Source: an uncultured archaeon (GTDB lineage: Archaea; Asgardarchaeota; Hermodarchaeia; Hermodarchaeales; Hermodarchaeaceae). From it: 45,450 nucleotides of DNA. The stretch lies in NCBI GenBank assembly GCA_964347045.1, contig CAYFXC010000007.1, positions 87,953 through 133,402 on the forward strand, read 5' to 3'. A program made the translations under genes and the position numbers. Shown here in pieces: positions 1 to 8,835 of the stretch; within the stretch, counting starts at the first letter, position 1; each line of letters begins with the position of its first letter. The notes beneath the pieces were generated by a model. It did not search any database, was not told the DNA's origin, and saw nothing but the letters and a program-made list of their open reading frames with translations.

Positions 1-163
1 CCTCTGCTTCTTCCTCTTCTGCTTCTTCCTCTTCTGCTTCTTCCTCTTCTGCTTCGGCCTTTTTTTCGTCTTTAGTTTTGTTTGACTCTTCTCTGGTTTC
101 AGATTGTTTCTCTGGTTTATCTTCAAATTCCAGTTCTTTTTTTGGTGGTTTGCGTTTCGCCAT
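1..163 (-). CDS. N-terminal fragment of a protein with a highly charged, acidic N-terminus (runs off the window edge)
   Basis: ATG at 163-161 opens a stop-free frame MAKRKPPKKELEFEDKPEKQSETREESNKTKDEKKAEAEEEEAEEEEAEEEEAE; not in the ORF track because it is truncated. Confidence 0.7.
   Translation of the reverse strand, partial: MAKRKPPKKELEFEDKPEKQSETREESNKTKDEKKAEAEEEEAEEEEAEEEEAE
3..55. repeat. Perfect 15-bp tandem repeat (TCTGCTTCTTCCTCT) x3.5 encoding AEEEE on the minus strand
   Basis: Units start at 3, 18 and 33, with a partial unit at 48-55. Confidence 0.95.
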
Positions 164-321
164 GATAATCGCAGCCTCTCAACTTACTCTGTCAGTTGAA
201 GAGAGATTCTTTAAGGTTTATGTTCTCCCATTGCTTGATTCCGAAGTTCCTTTCATAATCTGCGTATTGACCAGAACAATTTTAGCTGTTTTGAGATATT
301 TACCGAACTGGAGTTTACTAA

Positions 322-696
322 ATGTCGGCTACAGCGAAGAATCTTCAAGCGCTCCTTCGCCAAATGGAGAGTACGACACCTGGCATCGAAGCAAGTGCTA
401 TTGTTACAGCACAGGGTCTTCCTATTGTCGCAGCAATGCCACAGACAATAAATGAAGCTATTGTGGCAGCAATGACCGCAGCGCTTTTAGGCGTAGCTGA
501 GCGGGCTTTGACAGAGATTCCCCGTGGAAAACTCTTACAGATTACTGTTGAGGCTGAAAATGGGTATATCATTTTAAAAGGCGCAGGTGAAAACGCGATT
601 CTCACAGCATTGGTCAAAAAAAGTGCAAATCTAGGAATGATTTTCTTGGTCATGAAACGGTATAGCAGCCAAATAGAATCTATCCTACAGTTATAG
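322..696 (+). CDS. Roadblock/LC7 (MglB-like) domain protein
   Basis: GIEASAIVTAQGLPI...AAMTAALLGVAERA...LLQITVEAENGYIIL...ILTALV pattern; 124 aa. Confidence 0.9.
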   Translation: MSATAKNLQALLRQMESTTPGIEASAIVTAQGLPIVAAMPQTINEAIVAAMTAALLGVAERALTEIPRGKLLQITVEAENGYIILKGAGENAILTALVKKSANLGMIFLVMKRYSSQIESILQL

Positions 697-761
697 ATTG
701 ATTTAGTGCCGTCTTGTCGTTAATTTTCTTTGAGCAAAAGAGTGGTAGGCTTGGGAAAGGT

Positions 762-833
762 GGCGGCTCTAGTCCGCCCGTCGTTCACTTCATCTTTATA
801 TCAGTGACATCAGGTTTCCTCTTCATTGCCGCC
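762..833 (-). ncRNA. Candidate box C/D methylation-guide sRNA
   Basis: Minus strand reads GGCGGC-A-ATGAAGA(C)-GGAAACCTGATGTCA-CTGA(D')-TATAAAG-ATGAAGT(C')-GAACGACGGGCGGA-CTAGA(D-like)-GCCGCC; 6-bp terminal stem; guide complementary to rRNA CCGCCCGUC. Confidence 0.75.
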
Positions 834-855
834 GATGTTAAAGAAAGATGGGGCG

Positions 856-1464
856 TTACTTAAGGGTTGTGAGCATTGGCTCGATATGCTTTTGGATTTG
901 GCTCTGTACTTCTTTAATAGAACCTTCAGCGTCTATTATCTTAAACCCATTTTCCTGTGCTCTTTCGATAAAGATTTGGCGCACTTTTTCAAGAAAAGCT
1001 ACGTGCTCAAATTTTTCCTTTGGTTTTGGTCGCCTTTTTCGACTTAGGGCGATTGTGGGGGAAATGTCAAGAAGGAGCGTAATGTTTGGAGTGAGTGCAT
1101 AACGATTTAAATTCTGCACCCATTCGCGATCAAGTCCTGAAGAACATTGATACGCAAAAGAGGATTCAACGTAGCGGTCACTTATGACAATTTTTCCTTG
1201 GTCAAGGGCAGGCTGAATTTTGTTCAAAGTATTATCAATACGATCAGCAGCAAATAGCAAAGCGTCGATGGCAGGGGGTACAGTAGTGTCTCGTAAAATT
1301 TCACGAATTAGACGCCCAATTCTTTCATCCGTGGGCTCATGTGTCTCAACAACAGCTATCCCTTTTTTTCTGAGCCATTTGCTCAACAATTTGGTATGCG
1401 TGGTCGTTCCACTACCATCAATTCCTTCAATTGCGATGAAAAGTCCTTGTTGCATTAAGTGCAC
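856..1464 (-). CDS. tmk: Thymidylate (dTMP) kinase
   Basis: FIAIEGIDGSGTTT P-loop, HEP, LLFAADR, ISDRY, AYQ motifs. Confidence 0.95.
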   Translation of the reverse strand: MHLMQQGLFIAIEGIDGSGTTTHTKLLSKWLRKKGIAVVETHEPTDERIGRLIREILRDTTVPPAIDALLFAADRIDNTLNKIQPALDQGKIVISDRYVESSFAYQCSSGLDREWVQNLNRYALTPNITLLLDISPTIALSRKRRPKPKEKFEHVAFLEKVRQIFIERAQENGFKIIDAEGSIKEVQSQIQKHIEPMLTTLK

Positions 1465-1526
1465 ACTCGGTTTTTTATATGAGGTTTATGTCCTGAATGA
1501 GTTAAAGGTTATCAAATAAAAAGGGA

Positions 1527-2063
1527 ATGATGGTGAATTCTCTAGCTATGAATGTAAAGCCAATATTCGCTTCTTCCATCTTTTCAATTTCGTCAGATTT
1601 AGAAGTGTATCAGGTAATCAATTATGACTACAGCGATCCAGACGGCGTATATAAGAGAATTCTAGAAGATGAAGAGGCTTTTCAATTTGAATTGGATAAA
1701 ATTTATTCGAATATGGTCGAATTTCTTGACGCCGAAAGGGTGTACATCAACGAAAAACGTGTTAAACAGAAAATTATCCATGTAGATATTGGTTTACGCG
1801 GAAGCCCTGAAACCCCGTATTTCCAATGGGTAATCCATTTTCAAGGAATTCCTCGAAAGGATGAAAATTCTCTTGCAAGCGATGTTCAGGAAGAACAAGC
1901 GGAATACGCCATAGAAGTGCTATATCTTTTTCCTGAAAGAACAAAAATTCTGGATGTTGAAACTCCTATGGAATATGAAATCCGTGGGTCCCTTCTTTTT
2001 GTTTGGGCACAAGAAGGAGATGTTGTGGGAGGGCATGAGATAGTTCGGTTCCATTTACCTTAA
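1527..2063 (+). CDS. Hypothetical acidic archaeal protein
   Basis: 178-aa ORF filling the space between tmk and the next gene; no recognised catalytic motif; start could be the ATG at 1548. Confidence 0.65.
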   Translation: MMVNSLAMNVKPIFASSIFSISSDLEVYQVINYDYSDPDGVYKRILEDEEAFQFELDKIYSNMVEFLDAERVYINEKRVKQKIIHVDIGLRGSPETPYFQWVIHFQGIPRKDENSLASDVQEEQAEYAIEVLYLFPERTKILDVETPMEYEIRGSLLFVWAQEGDVVGGHEIVRFHLP

Positions 2064-2974
2064 CTTTCAAGTAGTCGCCCGCAAGAATAACACCATTTTG
2101 CATTTAGAGTTATTTTGGCTTGGCAATAGGGACAGGTTTCAGAACGGGGTTTTCCAGTAATCCTTTTTTCCGTTGAGGGAAGAGCAGATTCTTTGATAGG
2201 AATTTTTGGAGGATATGCAGCGCTGCCTAGAATTGCACGAAGCCCCGCGATGATGCTTGTTAGTCTGTTGAGTTCGTCATCAATTACCTTAAGCTGTTTC
2301 TTCACATCCCGTTTAGAAACTTCGTCAATACGCGCACGGATTTGTAGCGTCTCTTTATCAAATTCCAATTTTTGTTTGCGATTTTCTAAGAGTGCTAGCC
2401 AATTGTTGGCTAACGAAGTTTCAATATCAACGTACTGATTGATTTCGGTTAGTTTGCTTCCGTATTCGCTAGAAAGGCGCTGATAAATCGCATCATCAAC
2501 TTCTCCGGATTTCCGAAGGTCCTCGAGCCGTTGTAGGCGACCTTCTTGGATTTTCTTTTCCTGTTGAAATTTTTCTAGAGGTGTAATAGCCTTGGCTTCT
2601 AAATCCTCAATCTCTTTTGCTATAGGATTTAATCGTTCCTGCAGTTTATCTGATTGGGCCTTTGCTTCACCTTCTAATAACTCACCCACAAGTTGTTTGA
2701 CTTTTATTGTTTCCAGTTCTTCATCGAGAGCTGCTTTTTGAGATCGTAGCAGTTCGAGCTTACCTCGCATGATCAAAGCGGCCTCAACAGCAGGTGGGAT
2801 CTCTTCAACCTCTTTGGCAGGTTCTTTCTTTGGAACGGGTGTGTCAATAATAGGTTGAACATGAGCAGTTGCCACTTTAGTTTGCCGAGAGCTCAGGGAA
2901 ACTCCACAATATGAACAAAACTTTGCATTAGGTTTCAACTTTCGTCCACATTCAGGACAGGGTTGGTTTGACAT
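2060..2974 (-). CDS. Coiled-coil, CdvA-like protein flanked by N- and C-terminal zinc ribbons
   Basis: CPECG...FCSYCG at the N-terminus, CPYCQ...WCYSCG at the C-terminus; helical core with repeated KQLVGEL / RKSGEVDDAIY / RARIDEVS motifs. Confidence 0.7.
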   Translation of the reverse strand: MSNQPCPECGRKLKPNAKFCSYCGVSLSSRQTKVATAHVQPIIDTPVPKKEPAKEVEEIPPAVEAALIMRGKLELLRSQKAALDEELETIKVKQLVGELLEGEAKAQSDKLQERLNPIAKEIEDLEAKAITPLEKFQQEKKIQEGRLQRLEDLRKSGEVDDAIYQRLSSEYGSKLTEINQYVDIETSLANNWLALLENRKQKLEFDKETLQIRARIDEVSKRDVKKQLKVIDDELNRLTSIIAGLRAILGSAAYPPKIPIKESALPSTEKRITGKPRSETCPYCQAKITLNAKWCYSCGRLLES

Positions 2975-3049
2975 TATTCTCAGTCCTATCAGCTAACTTG
3001 AAAGAGCAGTAACGAACTTATAAAGTCGGGGGATTAGGCTCTTAACGAG

Positions 3050-4339
3050 TTAGATGAAATAGTATATTCCAAAAATCTGTAAAATCGTCAATATTGTTGC
3101 AGTTATCAAAGACACAGCCAAGTTATCATCCAACCGAAGTGGTAGAAGCTCAATAATTGCTGCGACGAGAGCGGTTAGTAATGCTGAAATTGGAGACACA
3201 ATTAGTAAAAGTACAAAGAAGGCAAGCGTAAATCCTATGAGCGAGCCTTCGATTGTTTTCTTGGGGTTGAAGGGATAGTGGCGTCGACCAAAAAAGATGC
3301 CACCTATTGTGGAAAATGCGTCACCAATAAGAAATGCTATAATACTGGCTGCAGCGATATATGGGAGTTGTAGAAGTGTTCCAAAAACGAGGAGGGCAAG
3401 AGTCACACCTGCAGCGAAGTATAGAGGAGATAGAACGTAACTGTCAATTTCGTCTTCTCGTCCTGCGGCTAGGACCATTTTTGATATTAAGGGAATTTGT
3501 ATTCCAAAACTCCTGAGGACTTCTGAGACGATGAAAAGAAGCGTTAAGCTTCCTATTAACAGGTATATTGGTATATGCCATGAAAGATCCCAAAGCCAGA
3601 GTATAGGAATAATTACAGCACTCGCGTGTAGAAGTTGACGCAGAATTTCTTGCCCAAGTCTTCGAGGAACATGAACTTGCACAGATGGTAATGTTATGTA
3701 GGGTAAGAGTGCTCGTAAATCTGGAGTTGTCACAACAACCCGAACATAATAGCGAGCTACTTGATCTGGTCGAAAGCCAACGGCAAGCTGAACAAATTCA
3801 AAGAGCGCTACGTTATTTCGATCATTGGCGACTGCCACTGTTTCAAAATCGGAAAGCTGGTAAGTATCGATCAGATTCTGCAACGCATCAACTTTGGTTT
3901 TTCCCCGACAATCTAGCGCAGCAATATGCCCAGTAAGTCGCTTTTCATCAAGTTCTACTCGTATACCAAAAGCAAAATGTGCCCCCAGATTCTTTGCAAG
4001 TCTTGCAACGGCGAAATCAGGTATTCCTGAGCTTAAGAGTACGATAATGTGTTTCTGATCTCGGAGCACTTTGAAGGTCTCCTTTACTCCACGATGCAAG
4101 TAAACCTGATCTGTCATACGGATGAGCCAATCCTTGGGCGCTCCACGAAGAAGGCGGTAGGAATATCGCATGAAAGAAGCTACTTCCATAATTCGAGCTT
4201 CATAGAGAACCCCTAATACACCAAAGACAAATGCCCTAATTAGACCAAGCCGAGCAATTACCTGTGAAAGCCAAAATCCATTGATTATCGTCCCGTCTAC
4301 ATCAAAAGCAATAATGCGACGCCGCCGAGGGGTAACCAT
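3050..4339 (-). CDS. Fusion of a HAD-family (SerB-like) phosphatase and a CTP-dependent polyprenol/phytol/dolichol kinase-like membrane domain
   Basis: N-terminal FDVDGT, LLSSG, GKTK; C-terminal RQLLH, GDAFSTIGG, PKKTIEGS, DDNL motifs with several TM helices. Confidence 0.85.
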   Translation of the reverse strand: MVTPRRRRIIAFDVDGTIINGFWLSQVIARLGLIRAFVFGVLGVLYEARIMEVASFMRYSYRLLRGAPKDWLIRMTDQVYLHRGVKETFKVLRDQKHIIVLLSSGIPDFAVARLAKNLGAHFAFGIRVELDEKRLTGHIAALDCRGKTKVDALQNLIDTYQLSDFETVAVANDRNNVALFEFVQLAVGFRPDQVARYYVRVVVTTPDLRALLPYITLPSVQVHVPRRLGQEILRQLLHASAVIIPILWLWDLSWHIPIYLLIGSLTLLFIVSEVLRSFGIQIPLISKMVLAAGREDEIDSYVLSPLYFAAGVTLALLVFGTLLQLPYIAAASIIAFLIGDAFSTIGGIFFGRRHYPFNPKKTIEGSLIGFTLAFFVLLLIVSPISALLTALVAAIIELLPLRLDDNLAVSLITATILTILQIFGIYYFI

Positions 4340-4472
4340 AATACCATCTACATTTCTTCTATCTTTTTAACAGTAGCTTGATTATTCGATGCTCATTAGT
4401 TCCTAGGTCGACAACAAAGTTTTACACTTATCAATGCCCAAAATAGAGTGGAATGCAATTAGGTGGTAGATT

Positions 4473-4970
4473 ATGAGACAATTTCTCTATGCAGACCCTA
4501 CAGTATGTGTTGGTTGTCGTATTTGTGAGGCAATTTGTAGTTTGCATTGGGAAAAAACAATCAACCCAAAGAAATCGCGAAATCGTGTTCGTCGGGTCGA
4601 TCCAGGGCTTGATGTTGTGGTGGCTTGTCGGAATTGCGACCAAGCATGGTGTATTGAAGCTTGTCCTGAAGAAGCACTGCGTAAAAATCGTAAGGGTATT
4701 GTAATAATTGATACAAAGAAATGCAGGGGCTGTGGGGCGTGTGTTGAGGCATGTCCTTTTGGAGCTATTTTTCTTCATCCGGATTCGCAAAAAGCCATCA
4801 AATGTGTCACGTGTGGATTTTGTACAAAATATTGCCCCGTAGAGACATTGCGCATTTTAACTGATGAGGAATTAGCCGCAATAAAGCAACAGAAAGTGAT
4901 TCAACACGAATGTGGCGATCTCCTTGATGAACTTAGAGTGGAAGAAGAATATAAGACGGGGGAACCATGA
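4473..4970 (+). CDS. Multi-[4Fe-4S] ferredoxin-type subunit (AOR small subunit)
   Basis: CVGCRICEAIC, CRNC....CIEACP, CRGCGACVEACP, KCVTCGFCTKYCP; ATGA overlap with the AOR gene. Confidence 0.9.
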   Translation: MRQFLYADPTVCVGCRICEAICSLHWEKTINPKKSRNRVRRVDPGLDVVVACRNCDQAWCIEACPEEALRKNRKGIVIIDTKKCRGCGACVEACPFGAIFLHPDSQKAIKCVTCGFCTKYCPVETLRILTDEELAAIKQQKVIQHECGDLLDELRVEEEYKTGEP

Positions 4971-6892
4971 TGGCAAAGCGGTCAAAGCTCGGTGGATATG
5001 CTGGACAACATTTGCACGTTAATATGACAAAAGGAACTTGTAAGCCTATTCCAATTGAGAAAGAGTTCGCTCTCATGTATCTTGGAGGGCAAGGATTTGC
5101 TTCACGAATAATGTATGACCGAGTCGGACCTAAAACTGACCCACTAGGTCCTGAAAATATTCTAATTTGGGCAACCGGACCTTTCACAGGAACTTTATGG
5201 CCTCAGGCATCACGTTATGTTGTTGCAGCAAAATCTCCTCTAACCGGTATATTTGGTGAAGCGCATTCTGCGGGTCATTGGGGACCTGAACTGAAATTTT
5301 CTGGATTCGATACAATAGTTATAACAGGAAGAGCGAAGACTCCCAGATATTTATTCATTGACGACGGTTCTGCTAAATTGCTTGATGCCAGTGATTTATG
5401 GGGTCGCAACACAACCAAAACTGAAGAATTAATAAAAGAAATTCATTCTGATCGAAATCTCCGCGTCTCTTGCATTGGACCAGCAGGTGAAAACCTTGTT
5501 CGTTTTGCTGCAATCATCAATGACTATGATCGTGCAGCAGCACGCTCAGGAATAGGCGCTGTTGCAGGAAGTAAACAGCTAAAAGCGGTAGCCGTTCGTG
5601 GAGGACAGGATATTCCCATCGCTAAACCTAAGCGTTACCTTGAGGTCGTCGAGGAATTACACCAAAAAATGCTGGAGAGCCCTTTTACAGCTAATCGAGC
5701 AATGTATGGTACGACAAATTTAGTTGAAATGATGCAAGAAATTGGGCGTCTTCCTAGCTATAATTTGCGTTCAGGTGTATTTGCAGAATATGAGAAAATC
5801 AGTGGTGAAGCCATAAAAAAGGATTATCTGGTTAAACCACGAGCAGATTATGCTTGTTTACAACGTTGTGGTAGATATACTAGGGTCAAAACAGGACCGT
5901 ATGCCTATTGTGGTGGAGCCCCTGAGTATGAAACGCAAGCAGCCATTGGGAGTCGATGTGGTAACGATAACCTTGAATCCATACTTTATGCGCATCATCT
6001 CAGTAACTTATATGGAATGGATACAATCTCAACTGGAGCTACAATTAGTTGGGCAATGGAAGCTTGGGATGAGGGACTTATTACCGCTGAAGACACCGGT
6101 GGAATAGACCTAAGCTGGGGTAACCACGAGTCAATCATTAAACTTATTCACATGATTGCTAAGCGAGAAGGGTTTGGTGATATATTAGCAGAGGGTAGTT
6201 ATCGGGCAGCACAGCGTATCGGAAGAGGTACTGAAAAATTTGTCATGCACAGCAAGAAACAGGAAATTGCAGGTCAAGAACCTCGTGCTCAGAAATCAAT
6301 GGGATTAGCAACTGCAACAGCCGCGCGAGGTGCTGATCATCTATATGCCTTTCCCGTTCTTGATGAAGTTGGATTTGATAAAGAAATTGAAATTCGTTAT
6401 GGAACAAAATATCTTCCTGAGATTGGAGATCGCCTTGACCCAAAATATAAAGGCTTCATGGTGAAAGAAAATGAGGACTTTTGCGCGGTTGTTGAATCTT
6501 TAGGAGTCTGTAAATATGGCACATTAATACCTCCCGTTCTATTCTATGAAGACATTGTGAAGGCTTTTGATGTCACCGTTGGAATCTCAATAACTGAAAA
6601 ACAAATACGCGCAATTGGTGAAAGGATTGTTAACCTAAACCGCTGTTTCAATGTTCGTGAAGGAATTCGTCGAAAGGACGATTCACTACCTCGTCGGCTT
6701 ACTCACACGCCTGCCCCTGAAGGTCCATCAAAAGGTCAAGTTGTCGAATTGAACCAAATGCTAGATGAATATTATGAATTAAGACATTGGCGGTTAGAAG
6801 ATGGATTACCCACCAAACATGTTTTACATCGATTGGGTCTTGACGATTTAATTATCGACCTTGAAAAACATGGTGTAGAATTACCTGAATAA
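4967..6892 (+). CDS. Tungsten-dependent aldehyde:ferredoxin oxidoreductase family protein (copy 1)
   Basis: YLGGQG, KSPLTG, IGPAGEN, GSKQLKAV, PEYET, GMDTIS, RGADHL, LDEYY..R.W motifs. Confidence 0.95.
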   Translation: MMAKRSKLGGYAGQHLHVNMTKGTCKPIPIEKEFALMYLGGQGFASRIMYDRVGPKTDPLGPENILIWATGPFTGTLWPQASRYVVAAKSPLTGIFGEAHSAGHWGPELKFSGFDTIVITGRAKTPRYLFIDDGSAKLLDASDLWGRNTTKTEELIKEIHSDRNLRVSCIGPAGENLVRFAAIINDYDRAAARSGIGAVAGSKQLKAVAVRGGQDIPIAKPKRYLEVVEELHQKMLESPFTANRAMYGTTNLVEMMQEIGRLPSYNLRSGVFAEYEKISGEAIKKDYLVKPRADYACLQRCGRYTRVKTGPYAYCGGAPEYETQAAIGSRCGNDNLESILYAHHLSNLYGMDTISTGATISWAMEAWDEGLITAEDTGGIDLSWGNHESIIKLIHMIAKREGFGDILAEGSYRAAQRIGRGTEKFVMHSKKQEIAGQEPRAQKSMGLATATAARGADHLYAFPVLDEVGFDKEIEIRYGTKYLPEIGDRLDPKYKGFMVKENEDFCAVVESLGVCKYGTLIPPVLFYEDIVKAFDVTVGISITEKQIRAIGERIVNLNRCFNVREGIRRKDDSLPRRLTHTPAPEGPSKGQVVELNQMLDEYYELRHWRLEDGLPTKHVLHRLGLDDLIIDLEKHGVELPE

Positions 6893-7017
6893 ACAGCTGT
6901 AAAACCATCTTATAAGCAATGTTTAAATTCAAACCTCTTAATGGTGAATCATCAGCGGGGCTCTGTAATGGCATACCCTTTCAATGATACAGACCAAAAA
7001 GTCAAGGAAGCCGTAAA

Positions 7018-7695
7018 ATGAAAGTGCTTGTAACAGGACCACACCTCTCAGGAAAAAGCGCCCTTATCAAACACCTAGCGAAGGGTAATGTCATTAACAT
7101 CCAAGCAAATGGAACAACTGTTGGTCTTGATCATGGTGTTGCAGAAGTATTTGGAATTCCAGTCCGCTTATTTGGAACCCCCGGACTTGCTCGTTTTAAG
7201 GTATTACGTCGAATAATTTCAGAGGGGGCCGATGGAATTCTTTTTGTTGTCGATGCCAGTAAACCCGATGGCGACGCTGAAGCCCGATATATATGGACAG
7301 AAATAAGTGACCTCTTACCAAATGTTCCGTGTATTGTCGCAGCAAATAAACAAGATTTACGAGCTGCAAGAACACCGGAAAGAATCCGCCATGATCTAAG
7401 TTTCATGGTCGGAGTACCAGTAATTCCAATTAGTAACAAAACCGAATACAACCTAGATAAGCTTCTTCCGGCAATGGCAATGCTAATTATCTATGAATGG
7501 AGCCCAATTCTACGAGCCTTTGGAGCAACTGGTAAAACCAGCTTTTCAAATCTTGCTAAAAATCTCCATATTAGTGAAAACCAGGTTCGCAACTATTTAC
7601 GCTGGTTTGAGCTACGAAAAATGGTAATAGTGGACTGGGATAAGAAAACCGCACATGTTTCGTCCGGTGTAACAAAGATTCTTGCTCAACGGTAG
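7018..7695 (+). CDS. MglA-like small GTPase with a C-terminal winged helix-turn-helix-like domain
   Basis: GPHLSGKS, TTVGLDHG, LFGTPGL, ANKQD; C-terminal SFSNLAKNLHISENQVRNYLRWFELRKMV. Confidence 0.85.
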   Translation: MKVLVTGPHLSGKSALIKHLAKGNVINIQANGTTVGLDHGVAEVFGIPVRLFGTPGLARFKVLRRIISEGADGILFVVDASKPDGDAEARYIWTEISDLLPNVPCIVAANKQDLRAARTPERIRHDLSFMVGVPVIPISNKTEYNLDKLLPAMAMLIIYEWSPILRAFGATGKTSFSNLAKNLHISENQVRNYLRWFELRKMVIVDWDKKTAHVSSGVTKILAQR

Positions 7696-7742
7696 CAAAT
7701 ATAAAAGCCCAAAAGATGCATGCATGAAACTGGGGTATTAGA

Positions 7743-8516
7743 ATGAAGAAACCAGGTCCTGCATGGAAAAGCATTCTCAAAAACATAGAGGATCAGGGCG
7801 TAGCACATTTAACTCTCATTGATCCTGACCCCATAAAACAATCCGCTACTGATGCTGGACAGATAGCTAGCTTTGCTGAAAAGGCAGGAAGTAATGGAAT
7901 AATGGTTGGAGGATCAACGGCATTTGGAATTATTGATAAATGTGTCGAGGAAATCAAGAAACAGGTTAATATTCCAGTAATCCTATTCCCGGGAAATGTA
8001 TCGGGTCTCTCTCGCTCCGCAGACGCCGTTTTTTTCATGAGCCTCCTGAACTCTCGAACAACCTATTGGATAATTGATGCACAAACCCTTGCGGCTCGCC
8101 ATATTAAAGGCTATAATCTTGAGACAATCTCAATGGCCTATCTCATTGTGCAACCAGGAGGAACCGCAGGATTTGTTGGTGATGCCCGGTTACTACCCAG
8201 ACATAAACCAGAAATTGCCCTTGGTTATTCCCTAGCAGCCCAATATCTCGGATTTCAATTTGTATACCTAGAAGCGGGATCTGGTGCCGATAATGTTGTC
8301 CCCCTTCCCATGATTGAGTTGGTTTCAGGTAATATTGACATACCTCTTGCTGTGGGCGGAGGAATCAACACCCCAGACCAAGCTGCAGCCGTAGTCACGG
8401 CAGGAGCTAATATCATCGTTCAAGGAACCATCGTTGAACGTACCATTCTTGAGGATAAAGGTAAACAACTATCTGATACTATTAGGGCGATGCACCGAGC
8501 AAAAACGAAAGCTTGA
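7743..8516 (+). CDS. Geranylgeranylglyceryl phosphate synthase
   Basis: LIDPD, IMVGGS, ILFPG, SLLNS, YLEAGSGA, VGGGI motifs. Confidence 0.95.
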   Translation: MKKPGPAWKSILKNIEDQGVAHLTLIDPDPIKQSATDAGQIASFAEKAGSNGIMVGGSTAFGIIDKCVEEIKKQVNIPVILFPGNVSGLSRSADAVFFMSLLNSRTTYWIIDAQTLAARHIKGYNLETISMAYLIVQPGGTAGFVGDARLLPRHKPEIALGYSLAAQYLGFQFVYLEAGSGADNVVPLPMIELVSGNIDIPLAVGGGINTPDQAAAVVTAGANIIVQGTIVERTILEDKGKQLSDTIRAMHRAKTKA

Positions 8517-8532
8517 TAAAGCGACTTAGATT

Positions 8533-8820
8533 TTATCCTCCACCTATTGGTGGAAATATGGCCACAATATCTCCAGCAGATAGCTTGGTTTGTAATCCTT
8601 GTTGAAGTCTAACATGACGCCCATTAACAAGAACATGAAAGTACGATTTGAGCGATCCGTCTGGCTCCAACACCATTTTTTTAAATTTTTCCCCAAATTT
8701 TTTGCTCAAAATGTCAATGACTTCTTGAACATTTTCCGCTTCTAATTGGATTTCTCTTAATCCTGTCAAAGCCCGTAAGCTGGTAAACATACGCACAGTT
8801 ACTTGTGGTTTTGTCGTCAT
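8533..8820 (-). CDS. MoaD/ThiS/SAMP ubiquitin-like sulfur carrier
   Basis: VLVNGR and C-terminal IAIFPPIGGG; 95 aa. Confidence 0.9.
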   Translation of the reverse strand: MTTKPQVTVRMFTSLRALTGLREIQLEAENVQEVIDILSKKFGEKFKKMVLEPDGSLKSYFHVLVNGRHVRLQQGLQTKLSAGDIVAIFPPIGGG

Positions 8821-8835
8821 TTTTTTCCTATCACC

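Noticed and set aside
762-833. SECIS element interpretation (ATGA...AAA...GA)
   Set aside because: The upstream tmk has no in-frame TGA, and the C/D box order plus rRNA complementarity explain the element better.
6941-7021. Short upstream ORF overlapping the GTPase start (ATGA), suggesting a frameshift or leader peptide
   Set aside because: The GTPase is complete from 7018 (first strand then P-loop), and the peptide has no recognisable features.
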